This document shows, piece by piece, positions 12,335 to 24,281 of a DNA stretch of 64,000 bases. Source of the stretch: Carcharhinus longimanus (taxonomy: Eukaryota); contig JASCQW010000132.1 in assembly GCA_030264375.1 (NCBI GenBank), forward strand, positions 57,235,036 to 57,299,035, read 5' to 3'. Numbering within the stretch: position 1 is the first letter of the stretch; every line of letters begins with the position of its first letter. Position numbers and translations under genes: made by a program. Below the pieces are notes generated by a model. The model was not told where the DNA came from. It made no database searches and saw only the letters and a program-made list of their open reading frames with translations.

Positions 12335-12728
12335 ACTCAAATCTTGTTGCCCATTGACACCTGCAGGATATGGTCCACCAATGCTGTTGCCCCGTCATAG
12401 GTTTCCCAGCGGTGAGGGGTACATTCAGTGGAATACTCCATTGACCACGGTGGGACCATAAAAACCCACCATCAGCAAGCAGCACACCGTTTCCCACTGC
12501 TGTGAAACACACCGCGGAGGGGGAGGAAAATCCCCCTTCTTGCCAAAATCAAGCTGCCAGTCATGCCAGCAGGATCTTATGGTTCTTCAATGATACAGAT
12601 TTCCCAGCAACAAGGGGTGTATTCACCCCATGACAACAGCAGGATCATAAGATTCAACCATGGTGGTATGAAGCATGCTGCTTCACACCACCATGAAACA
12701 AGTTGCTGAGGGGGTGGAAATCCTACCC
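12335..12728. mobile_element. Two adjacent copies of one MITE family (about 12335-12536 and 12566-12728)
   Basis: Both share TTTCCCAGC..GAGGGGT...CCAT(T)GAC...GGA.CATAA.A...TGAAACA...GAGGGG..GGAAA.TCC..CC. Confidence 0.6.
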
Positions 12729-13444
12729 TTTTCACATTTCCTCCACTGTCAAACTTGATGATATTCAATAATAAGTCACTTATGAAATGCCTTGAAGCTG
12801 GGGTTTCTTGAGCATAACTACTGCAACTTCAATGAAATATTTTGGAAACAATGGAAGAAGGTTACAAATTACATTTACACCATTTCTCCAGAATCTCCAT
12901 GGCTCTTCCACTCAAGTAACTGTAGATGGATGGGAGAACCCCTGTGGGAATTTCTCCCCATCAGTTGTATGTATCCTGATAATACATTTCTGAAAGTTAT
13001 TTCGGTATTTCCTTTAGCCACTCAGTTGGTCACCTTTCATTTTAATTTAGGAATTGTTTGTCTCAATATACATTTCCAACTTGAGAGCCTTTACTGGGAG
13101 AATATATTCAGGAAATTATTTCCAGTGTAAAAAGAAGGATTGTAATCATACCGGGTCATTCACAATTGCAGAATGCAGATTTTGTGCTGATTCTTCATTT
13201 CCCTGATTGAAGTGTTGATTTCAGCAGGGCCCACACCGCTGACTGCCTAAGAGCTTAGCAGGAGATCAAGAAGCTTTCCACAAAATTAAATTATGCAGAC
13301 AACTAGCACTTAAAGGCAGTGTGCCCCTCTAAGTGTCCCCCAGAGAATATAGAAAATGCTGGGTTTGGGATAGGAACTTTTGACTATTTCTGGATTTCTG
13401 CCATGGTGGACAGCCCCTCCATTGTGGTGAAAACTTGAGCCAAA

Positions 13445-13700
13445 CTATAGTTCCTTCCACATCCTCAAGACATCCCAAAATGTTTCTTAATCAGCTATGC
13501 AATCAAAGCTAAGAGAACAACTGCAAACAGCAAAGGTCTCATGTACTGTGATTAGATGAGTGATCAGCTCATCTATTTTTAATAGCATTCCTTGAGGGAT
13601 AAATGTTGCCCAGGACACTTGGAGAATCCTTTTCATTTTCTTCAAAGTTTGCCACGCGAGCCACATGAGCGGGTTAGTGGAGTCAGTTTAGCAGTCTTTT
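13445..13700 (-). mobile_element. Deu-domain SINE (SacSINE1-like)
   Basis: TTGAGGGATAAATGTTGCCCAGGACACTTGGAGAA is the reverse complement of the Deu domain; L2-type tail ACATCCCAAAATGTTT. Confidence 0.75.
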
Positions 13701-15406
13701 ACACATTGAGAATGCATATCATGCACCTCACACGATATTCTGATCAATCATTTTAATGGAGAGGATTGTCTGTGTTTGGTACTATCAGAGTTTGGCACCT
13801 AAGTTCTTGATGCATGCTCCGAGTGTGGGAAGCTCTGCCCTAGAATATTATCATAAATGAAAAGAAGTTGAGTATTTTTATTCTGTGATCCGCAAAATAC
13901 TTAATCATGTCTTTGATTGTGATATTTTCTACAAAAATCTCTTATCGCAGTAAATCTTAAGCTTATTAATCGCTTTGTTGAAAATGATCAAAAGATAATA
14001 TTTATTTTCCACCATCTGTTTCAGTTTTACTCCTTTGATTGGAGCCACCATCATTTTGGTGAGGGAAGCCAATGGTAGGAATTAGTTAAATAGGTCAGGA
14101 AGACAAGTCACAGAAATTAATCCCGGAAAACCTTTGACTAGAGATCCATAAAAAATAACGTCCTGGGTGGTCAACAACTGTTTCCCTTTCTCCTACTCTT
14201 AGCACAATTGCAAATTGTCAAATTTTCTTCAAAATGAATTAAGAAAATAAACCATTAAATTGATATCCTGCTGTACTCTGGTGTCAGATATGTGCCACAT
14301 CTGGGAATGCTGGGAATGACAACGAGGGGTCGGATTCTGTATTGTTAATGACGAGCCTTGACCCCTTCTTGATGATCTGGGCCACCGCTGCTTAAAGTTT
14401 TGTGACCAAGAATGGCCAAAATTTGCACCAGAATTTCAACTATCAGCTACAGGTGGTCGAAGTTTCCCATCAGCAACACAGGCTCCTAAAATGATCCATA
14501 AAATCTCTAAAGAAAATAAGTTGAAGTAACTATAAAGCCTTTTTTTTTGAAAAATGTTTACATGGATTTTTACGCCACAGATTTAAGCTGCTTATCATGT
14601 TTGCCAGGCAGCCTGGATCCCTTGTATAGTGGAAACGTTTGGAGTCAAAGATGCAGCATTAAAAGGCTGTGAAATTATGCAGCGCGATATTATCACATGA
14701 ACATGTAAGGAATGACACTACAAAATCACACTCCCGATGCAGACCTTCACTCCTAAATAGTGCAAACAGGAATTCAGACAGGTGGCCTTTACTGTTTTCA
14801 ATCTCTTAGAATGCCGCTGGGAGCATGACTTTGTTAAATTGATCCTTAGTGTTTTAAATAAATGGATTTACGCCTCGATCAAAATAGCAACATGAAATTT
14901 CATATCAGCGTGTTAAATGTTTCTCTGATAATAGGGCAGAGTTTAATTTCAATAGAAAAATGCTTTACTGCAATATCATTTAACACTTTCACTATAAAGT
15001 CATTTTTTTCCTGTCATACTGATCTCAGTTTGATGTTCAGCCAGAATATGTTTGTTGACATTGGCCAGTATCAGACAAGATTGAATTTGTTCCTTTTATG
15101 AGAGAATAATAAAGCATTTGAAGAACAACACTGCTATAACCAAAACATTAGTAATCTGATATGTCAAGAGATATGCATCACAGGCTTCTGCCAGGTATCA
15201 TATTCTCTAAAATGTGAGACATCTTGCAGTTTTACCAAATGAAATCAATAATACTTGGAGGCAAATACCCGATGTGCATTATTACTAAAATCAAAGCTGG
15301 AACTTCAATTTCACTAATGATATAGGGCTATAATACATTTCTTAGCACAGTCATTTAGCCTTGTTGATCATTGAGACCTATACATTGCTCCATGCACATA
15401 TTTCAG

Positions 15407-15507
15407 GGTTGTAGGTGATATCAATGCATACAGCCCCAGCACCCTATGTACGACCATCACAACGGGACTGCATTTTACAGCATCAGTTTGTGCAAGTGAA
15501 AGAAATG
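15407..15507 (+). other. Candidate isolated exon (coding status unknown)
   Basis: Acceptors TTTCAG (ends 15406) or TTGTAG (ends 15414), donor ATG|GTAAGT; the 93-nt form is open in phase 0 (VISMHTAPAPYVRPSQRDCILQHQFVQVKEM); protein not recognised. Confidence 0.2.
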
Positions 15508-16844
15508 GTAAGTCTCCACTGAAGTGTCCTTCTCTTTCACAAAGAACTAGAATCCCTTGCAGGGTCTCCTGTACTATACCTCTAGTACCCACGTTGGACC
15601 ATGTTTCCAGAAAGCCATTTCAAAATTTGAAAAGCTGACATTGTTTCAGGGCATGTAAGTTCATTAGATAACTGATTACAAGCCCTCATAACCTTGGTGC
15701 TTTCAATTGGTATTGGATCAGTTTGTGTTAATGTCCAATATACTTCATGCGTAGATTACTAGCGTTTAGTATTACTCTTATAGATTTTCCTGTACTTTGC
15801 TACCAATGTTTATATCAATTTCATCAAGTCATTTAAAGAGTGACAGAGACTTTCTGTTCATTCTTATGCTGATCTGGGATGAATGAGTGGAAGAATAAAG
15901 CTGTGGTCAGATCTATCAAACCAGGAACCATAGAATCCTTATGGAGCAGAAGGTGTCCATTTGGTCCATTAAACCAATTCTCCAAACAAACATCTTAGCA
16001 CAATCTTTCATTTACTTTCATTTAACGTCAGAGTGCAATAATCCACCGGTGGTAAGGGTGAGACGTTTTCCAGCATCCCAAATGGAATGATATACCTCCA
16101 CAGGCTCTGTCGCTGCTGGCCCAGCTAAAGTCCAAAAGAAGAGACCAGCCTAGTGTTGTAACAGGATGCACTAGAAGATAGAGGGGTGGTGGGGGAGTAA
16201 GGGCTATGGGAGCAGGAGGCGGGGGTGATGGGAGGGGAAGTGTGGTGGGGGGGGTTGAGGTTGTGAAAGAGGATGCAAATTGACAGATATTGGTGAGTAG
16301 GTGGGGAGGGTGTTGTTCTAGGCCAAAATTGTATCCAAGCACTTTGACTGTTGGTCGTCAATGAGATATGTCTGACTTTGCTGAGCTTTCCTACCCTGAT
16401 CATGCATTGGGTCCCTTTAGAGCCCCAAAATCTCAGCATGAGGAATTACTGCACCCAGCCCTGAAACACCCTGCTAACATAACCCCACCCCTGCAACCAT
16501 TCCACTGGTGGCCTAGCTTGGCAGTCTAATTAGTTCAGTACATGGTCAAGAGAGACAACTTAACCACAATTAGAAGATATGGGTGTGTGAATACTGTCAG
16601 CAGACATTGCTTAAGTATATTGACTTTGTGCTAGAGCCTGTGCTTATTTTAAGCAATTGTGCTTATAACCTATTCAGAATTGCTGATAGCTCATGGCCTC
16701 ACTTGGACATGTGAAGATGGGTATATCAAGACTTGATTAACCATTTAATGCAAGGTGAGAATGTAAAATGTGTCAGATATCAACTTTGGCAAGTGAAAAC
16801 ATAGGTGCATTATTAGTTTGCATGATAGATGATGGTCACAGGGT

Positions 16845-17545
16845 GACATAAATTATACAGCAAGAAGCAGGCTATTCAGCCCAACCAGTTCTTGCTAACA
16901 TCTTTGCTCCTCCTGAGCATCCTTCCATCCTTCCTCATCTAACCCTATCAATGGTTAGCACTGCTGCTTCACAGTGCCAGGGACCCAGGTTCAATTCCTA
17001 GCTTGGGTCACTGTGTGGAGTTTGCATGTTCTCCTTGTGTCTGTGTGGGTTTCCTCCATGTGCCCCAGTTTCTTCCCACACCCTGAAAGACATGCTGGCT
17101 ATGTGTATTGACCCGAACAGGCGCCAGAGTGTGGTGACAAGGGGAATTTCACAGTAACTTCATTGCAGTGTCAACGTAAGCCTTATTTGTGACTAATAAA
17201 TAAACTTTTTTTTCCCTTCCCCTTCAAATGCTTATTTAACATCCCCTTAAATAGATTTATACTATTCACTCTAACCACACCCTGTGGTCTCAAGTTCCAC
17301 ATTTTCATTATTTTAGGTCAAGGAATTTCTTCTGAATTCCTGATTTGATTTCTTGGTGAATATTTTAGATTTCTTTAGATTTTGATCTCTAGTTTCCTTC
17401 TTCCCCATGATGGGAGCCACTCGATGCATCAAAGTCTTTCAAAACGTTTCCTAGTTTTAAAGATCCTATTCGGTCACATCTCAGCCTTCAGTTTTCATAA
17501 GAAAAGAGAAGCAATCTGTTCACTCTTTCCTGAGAGGGAAAACCT
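16845..17545 (-). mobile_element. Old CR1 3' region interrupted by a SINE
   Basis: CAAGAAGCAGGCTATTCAGCCCAACC tail; CTAACCACACCCTGTGG..AAGTTCCACATT CR1 3' motifs. Confidence 0.65.
16951..17205 (+). mobile_element. HE1-head SINE with alternative (Rex1-like hairpin) tail
   Basis: Same head as HE1; tail TTTCACAGTAACTTCATTGCAGTGTCAACGTAAGCCTTATTTGTGACTAATAAATAAAC. Confidence 0.9.
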
Positions 17546-17546
17546 C

Positions 17547-18310
17547 AGGCTGGATCTTATGGGATGAAATATTCTCCACTGCCTGCTCTGACCGAAAAGT
17601 CAATCATAAGCCCCTCCACAAAAAGTGGCTGCCCCACAGCCATTTTAAGTTTGGCAGCGTGTGAATTGTTTTAAGGTGAAACTTCCAGCATCATCTGTAG
17701 AGGAAGTCCCACCTCAGAAAACTCCTGGCCAATCTGACTGGTGGCAGTTCTGTTGTCTCAGCAGTACCAGGTGGAACAGCGGCAATTGCTAATACAGGCA
17801 GTCCCAAAAAAGGACTTGCGGAGTCCAGACTGCCAGTTAAGTTCAGGATATCAGTGAGACCTAGCTAGCAGGCCCCAGTGAGGGACGTGTGTGACAAAGG
17901 GCGCGAGGTCTACAAGGTCAGGGCTGTGAGGGGGACGATTGGGCCAGGTGGAGTTGGGAGGATGATGTTGTGGGAGGTGATATAACTTTAATGGGCACAG
18001 AGGTTTCTGAAGGAGATGCCCACTTTCTTGCTAGACACCAGTTCACACAGTCAAAGCTACCAAACTGCCTGCTTGGCCTAGGTTTTCTCTTGATGTGGGT
18101 GAAATAGTGGTGAAGACACAATCAGGCCTTTAGTTACTTAAGGATTTCAATATTCCCAAGGATAGGTGGGCTGCCTGATGCTTCTCCCATGGGTAGTCCA
18201 CACGTTGCATTATTCAAACCACCACCTTCAAATACGACAGCATAAGAACATAAGAAATAGGAGCAGGAGTAGGCCATCTAGCCCTTCGAAGGGGCTATAA
18301 AATCCAGCCC
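17547..18310. mobile_element. Non-autonomous TIR element (Harbinger-type) with a small CR1-tail insert at about 18240-18290
   Basis: TIRs AGGCTGGATCTTAT / ATAAAATCCAGCCC; G-rich interior. Confidence 0.65.
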
Positions 18311-18379
18311 CTTGCATTTTATCTTTGTAATGGTCTCCTGTGGCCCAACACCAATTTTTAATATGCCAACCAGAAGTGT

Positions 18380-18590
18380 ACATGGTATTCCATCTAACCA
18401 AGGTTCAAAACATCAGCATATCTCCTCTACTTTTCAATTCTGTCCCTCTGAAAAACAAACCCTAGTGCTTTTTCTGATGGCCTTATTAGCTAATGTTGCT
18501 ACTTTTAGTGATTTGTGTATTTGTAATCCCAGATCTCTTTGCTTTTTAACGCTATGTACATTTTTATTTCCAAAGTAATAAGAGGCCTCT
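18380..18590 (-). mobile_element. CR1 fragment
   Basis: CTTTTAGTGATTTGTGTATTTGTAATCCCAGATCTCT is the reverse complement of the RDLGxQIHxSLK region. Confidence 0.6.
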
Positions 18591-19419
18591 TATTTTAATG
18601 CTCTACCTCCACACTTTGCGTTAATAGTATAAGGTTTACTAGTAATAGTAAAGCTTATTAGCAGAAGCAGGATTCAATTAATTATAAATTAATATACTTA
18701 ATATAAGAGCACATGGTGTTGGATGCAACATATCGGCACAGCTGAAGATTTAGCTAGCTAACAGGAAGTAAAAAGGAGGATAATGGGTCATTTTCTGGTT
18801 GGCAGTCTGCAACTAGTGAAGTGACAAAGGGATGCTGAGGCCTCAACAAGGTACAATTTGCATTAATAATTTGAATGAAGGGAACAAAGGTATGGTGGTT
18901 AGATTTGCCAATGAAACAACGATAGGTTAAAATGTAAGTTGTCATGAGGAGGTAGACAATCTGCAAAGGGGTAAAGATAGGTTAAGTGAGGGAGCAAAAG
19001 TTTTAGCAAATGGAATATAATGTGGGAAAATCTGAACTTGTCCACTTTGGCTGCCAAAATGGAAAAACAGTACACTATTGAAATGGAAAGAGACTGCAGA
19101 ACTCAGCAATACAGAGGGATCTGGGTGTGCTGTTATATGAATCTCAATATGTTAGCGTGCTGGTATAGTGAGTGATTAGGATAGCCGATGGAATGAATGT
19201 TGGTGTTTATTCCAAAGAGAATAGGTTGTAAAACTAGAGAAGTTTTACAACTGTATGGGACTTTGGTGAGGCCATATCTGGAGTACTGTGTATAGTTTTG
19301 GTCTCATTCAAAAAAAGATATCTTAGGATCAGCATTTTTTCTAATCAAGAAAGGTTGAGCAGGTTCTGCCTATACTCATTTGCTGTTTTGAAGAATGAGA
19401 TGATCTTACTGAAACATAG

Positions 19420-19677
19420 TGTGTTATAAAAGGTTAATAGATGGGCTATGATAATGTGTGACATAGGAGATGACTTACCACTGACATCAGTCAGTCATGT
19501 GCTAGGCTCTCAAGAAAGAGTTTAGAGTCATGCCTTAGAGCAATGTGCCAACTCTGTAATCTGTTAGGTGTAATACTAATAAGCAAGTGTTAAACAGATA
19601 CCAGGCGATGACTACAATCTGTCTAAGAACAAAGCTTATGCCACAAGTCCAGGATAGAAGGACAGAGTCTCAAAACA
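19420..19677 (+). mobile_element. Short solo LTR
   Basis: TG...CA-bounded non-CR1 block interrupting the CR1 GAAAC.TA.AA.ATTCT motif; degenerate TSD CATAG / CGTAC. Confidence 0.6.
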
Positions 19678-19810
19678 CGTACAATATTCTCAGCGGGCTT
19701 GATACAAGATGTATCCTCCTGTGGAAGAAACTTGAACAAGGGACACTATTTAAAAATAAGAGGTTAGGAGAATTTTATTTCCTTCAAAGGTTTATTAATC
19801 TATGGAATTC

Positions 19811-21325
19811 AATTTAATTTGATTTGATTTAATTTATTATTGTCACATGTATTAGTAAACATTGAAAACTATTGTTTCTTGCTCACTATACTAACAAAGC
19901 ATACCATTCATAGAGAAGGAAAGGAGAGTGTGCAGAATATAATGTTACAGTCATAGCTAGGGTGTAGAGAAATATCAACTTAAAGTGAGGAGGTCCATCC
20001 AAAAGTCTGATGGCAGCAGGGAAGAAGGTGTTCTTGAGTTGGTTGGCACATGTTCTCAAACTTCTATACCTTTTTCCTGATGAAGAAGGTGAAAGAGAGA
20101 ATGTCCGGTGTGCGTGAGGTCCTTAATTATGCTGGCTGCTTTTCTGAGGCAGTGGGAAGTGTAGGCAGTGTCAATGGGTGATTTGAATGATGGACTGGGC
20201 TTCGTTCACGACTCTTTGTAGTTTCTTGTGGTCTTAGACAGAGCAGGAGCCATACCAAGCTGTGATACAACCAGAAAGAATGCTTTCTATGATGCATCTG
20301 TAATAGTTGGTGAGAGTCTTCTGAGAATGTTGAGGCATTGGTGGGCTTCTTAACTATAGCATTTTCATGGAGGGGCCAGACAGGTTAATTTGAAGTTCTC
20401 GACAATTTCTACTTCGTCTCCATTGATGAAGACAGGGGCTTATCCTCCACTAGGCTTCCTGAAGTCAATGACTATCTCCTTTGTTTCATTGACATTGAGG
20501 GAGAGATTATTATCATTGTACCAGTTCACCGGATTCTCTATTTCTTTCCTGTACTCTGTCTCGTCATTGTTTGAGATCCGACCCACTACAGTGATGCCAT
20601 CAGCAAACTTGAAAATTGAATTAGAGAAGAATTTGGCCACACAGTCATAAGTACATAAGGAGTATAGTAGGGGGCTGAGAACACAGCCTTGTGGGGCACC
20701 AGTATAGAGGATGATCGTGGAGGAAGTGTTGTGCCTATCTTTACTGATTGCCGTTTGTGGGTCAGGAAGTCTAGATTCCAATCACGGAGGGAGGAGTCGT
20801 GCCCCAGGCCATGGAGCTTGGATACAAGTTTCGTAGGAATAATAGTGATCAAGGCTGAGCTGTAGTCCATAAAAAGGAGTCTGACAGAGGTATCTTTGTT
20901 ATCTAGGTGTTCCAGAGTTGAGTGCAGGGCCAGGGAAATGGTGTCTTCTGTGAACCTGTTGCGGTAGTTGGCGGACTATAGTGGATCCAGGCAATCTGGG
21001 AGGCCGGAATTGATTCGTGCCATGACTAACCTTTCAAAGAACTTCATAATGATGGATGTAAGAGCCACCAGATGATAGTCATTAAGGCTTGACTTTTCTT
21101 TGGTTGTCTCCTTAAAGCACATAGGGAGATCAAATTGTTGTAAAGAGAGGAGAGAGTTTGGAGACGTCTGCGACTACCCCTGCCAGCTGGTCCATATAGG
21201 ATCTAAGTGCTCATCCCGGTATCGCACCCGGGCCGGTCACTTTCCGTGGGTTGACCTTTGAAAAAGCTGCTCCGACATCTGCAGTTGTGACCTCAGATAC
21301 AGGTTCACTCGAGGCTCCCGGCATG
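19811..21325 (-). mobile_element. Rex1/Babar non-LTR retrotransposon, 5'-truncated
   Basis: RT peptide TGAPQGCVLSPLLYSLCTYDC...IFKFADGITVVGRISNNDETEYR...NNLSLNVNETKEIVIDFRK; (CAAAT)n tail; TSD GGAATTC at 19804-19810 and 21326-21332. Confidence 0.93.
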
Positions 21326-22266
21326 GGAATTCTCTTTCTCAAAAAGCAGTGGAAGTTGGGTCATTGATTTTATTCAAGACTGATTTAGATTTTTGGAAGA
21401 CAAGGGAATCAAATGTTAAAAGGCATAGACAGGAAAGTAAAGTGGAAACTACAACCAGATTGGCCATGATCTTATTGAATCACAGAGCAGGCTCAAAGGG
21501 TCAAATGGCCTACTTCGGCTTCTAAGTTTTAAGTTCCTTTGAAACTCATTTGTCAATTTATGTCCATTCTGCAAGTTTATTAAAGTCTTGTAATTTGTTG
21601 CATTTCTCCACAGGACTGTCTAGCCCTCACCTGCCGCTCCCAATTTGATATCATCTGCAAATTTAGAAAATTATTTTTGATTCCAAAGTCTAAATTATTA
21701 ATATAAACTGTGAAGAATGTGGTCCCATCATTGTATTTCACCTTCAGTCAATTTTTATCCCCACTCTCTGCTATCTGTTTTACAGCCATCTGGTTACCCA
21801 TTCTACTCCTTAGCACAACCCCCCTCCCCCCAGCTCTGCAAGTAGTGCCTTTATTTATTACTTCATTATGTGGCACTTCATTGAAAATTTTGAAAGTTTA
21901 AAAATCATGATAAATTATACCTACTTCATAAAGCTTGTCTGCATTGTCTGTTGTGACTTCAAATAATTCAATGTGATTAGTCAAACAAGATCTTCCTTTT
22001 TGCAATTTATGTCTGGCAACATCTGCATAAATCTCCTCTAGATCCTGCTTAGTGTGATCACATCAATTCTGTAATACTCCAACCGTCATATGCAGTACAC
22101 TAATGCTGCCTTCCTAATTATTTATTTGGTTCTGGCATAACCTCCCTGCTCTTCCAATCTATTCCTTGGCTGAAAAAGGAAAGTAATCCGTATGTCTCCT
22201 TAGCCATCTTCTCTACATTCAATAATGTGTGGTCATACACATCAAGATCCCTCTGTTCCTCTACAC

Positions 22267-22536
22267 TAATGATGGGCAACCTGCAGCCCGGGGGACACAA
22301 GCGGCCCATCAGGGTTCTGAGTGCAGCCCATTTTGTTGACCGTTGTCCATGCACAGAGTTGCCATATTCCACTGGTTTCCATCCACATAGGCTTTTTCCT
22401 ACTGGTATGACCAAAGTGATAAACATGTACAGTAAGCGCAATCAAAGTCCAGTGTACGCTAATTATGCATGACATTGACTGTGAGATCTGTGCATTCCTT
22501 CTGCATCCACTCACTAGCCTAGGTTGCCTATCAGTG
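22267..22536. mobile_element. Non-autonomous hAT (Charlie-type) transposon
   Basis: 16-bp TIRs TAATGATGGGCAACCT / AGGTTGCCTATCAGTG; 8-bp TSD CTCTACAC / GTCTATAC fits the NTCTAGAN preference. Confidence 0.85.
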
Positions 22537-23123
22537 GTCTATACTTTTCAGAGTTGAATTTTTATTGTGTATTTCCTTGCTTTGTTTTCTCTCCCCAAGT
22601 GCTTTACTTTTCTCCAATTTGAATTCCATTTGCTATTTTCTGCCCAGTTGACCAACCTACTAGTATCTTCCTGCAGCCTTTCGCTTTCTTCCTCAGTATC
22701 AACCAATTCTTGTGTCATCTACAATCTTTTTAATCATGTTCCCTATGCTTAACTCCAAATCATACAAGGAAAATCCAAACGACCCAGCACTGGGTCCTGT
22801 GAAACCCCACTGGAAGCAGCCTTGCCATCACCAGAACTCCTGTTGACTATTACCCTTATCTTCCTGCCACTCAGCCAACATTTGGATTCAACCTGTCACT
22901 TTCCCTTGGGTCTGATGGGCATTTATTTTTCTAACCAACCTGCCATGCAGGACCTTGTCAAAGGCCCTGCTAAAGTCTATATATACTACATCAACCAAAT
23001 TGACCCTACTTGTTACCTCCTCAAAAATGCAATCAAATTAGTTAAACATGGCATTCCCTTAACAAATCTATACTGACGATCCTTGATTAATTCCTCTCTT
23101 TCTAAATGATGATTTATGCTGAC

Positions 23124-23993
23124 TGTACCTGGGGATATTGAAACCTACTTTCTGAGACTATTAAAACAAAGTCAATTAGTTTAAAGTAGAGACTACAGTG
23201 TGCCTTATATATATCAACAATATCACAATGTACCTCACGTATATACTATACAAAGATATTGTCTGTATAATCACATATATAATCAATTTTGAACAAATAT
23301 ATATTTAAACTGTATTTTTATGTTTTCTTGTGAGCTTTGGCCAACAATTTACCCCTTGGCATAATGGGAAATAAGTTTAATTAGCTAGACCACATTCTTT
23401 TGGAACAATGAAGCATAGACCATACACCCCATTATCAGGGACAGGCCAAGCAGTTACAAGTAACCAAGGTTTATGAGATAAACAGAAGGATTCAGCTTCT
23501 AGTTGCAAAGAATAGACATGTTCAGCCTCCACTCATAAAGGGACAGAAAACAGACCAGAAAAGATGACTCCCTTCTTGTCCAAGGACTGCAAGCATTAGG
23601 GGCGACCATTGAACCTATTGGATTTGCGTAGACAAGGTTACTAGGCAACAGCAGGAAGAATCTATGGGGTCGGTTGTCCAATGAATTCCTAATTCTGCTA
23701 GAAGGTAGAATGCTATTGGCCAAAGTAAAAAAGTATATTAATGCAATTGGACCATCTAACTTGGATGACAGGTTGGGCGGGAGGGTCAAATCCTCAGAAA
23801 TGTGTATCTGTTGTGATCATGTAATATAACATCAGAGCGAAGTTAGAATCCTCTAACCATTTCTATCCCTATACATGTTGGTCAAATAAAGAATGTCTTT
23901 AATTGCACACTCTCTTTTGCAAAGTCTTTGTGTTAGCTGGATTCAGCTGAATACAAGACTCCGCAGTGGGATGCCCTGAGAAATCCCCTTACA
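23124..23993 (+). mobile_element. 870-bp solo LTR (ERV-like or other LTR element)
   Basis: TGTA...TACA termini, perfect TSD CTGAC (23119-23123 and 23994-23998), CCAAT/ATTGG boxes, TATA-like AATATAA near 23824, AATAAA near 23885. Confidence 0.88.
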
Positions 23994-24281
23994 CTGACAT
24001 TCAGAATTTTTTGCAATGATATATCCACCACTGAGATTAAACTGAGTAGGCTGTAATTATTCAATCTATCCCTTTCTCGCTTTCTAAACATTATTGTTCA
24101 AACACAAAGGGCCAGGTGGTGAAGGATAGAACTGGAAACTAATTTAATGTGCTGTAAACTATTATTTACAGGGATACACTTTGCAAACATGCATCTCCTA
24201 ATTCAATCTCACACTTGCAGTTCCTTGTATATAAAGGAGCAGTAGTGAATTTGCAGTTAATCCCTACCTCTTGAACATATT

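Larger units (their letters stand above)
18705..21540 (+). mobile_element. CR1 LINE 3' half hosting a solo LTR and a Rex1 insertion
   Basis: SFSGWQSATSEV, QMEYNVGKSE, QRDLGV, LVRPYLEYCV motifs; the sequence resumes at 21333 with the 3' UTR ending GGGTCAAATGGCCTACTTC. Confidence 0.88.
21550..24090 (-). mobile_element. CR1 LINE fragments hosting a hAT MITE and a solo LTR
   Basis: EEQRDLDV, YGLLSFFSQGIDWKSREVM peptides; ATCATCTGCAAATTT is the reverse complement of KFADD; GACCTTGTCAAAGGCC is the reverse complement of AFDKV. Confidence 0.85.
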
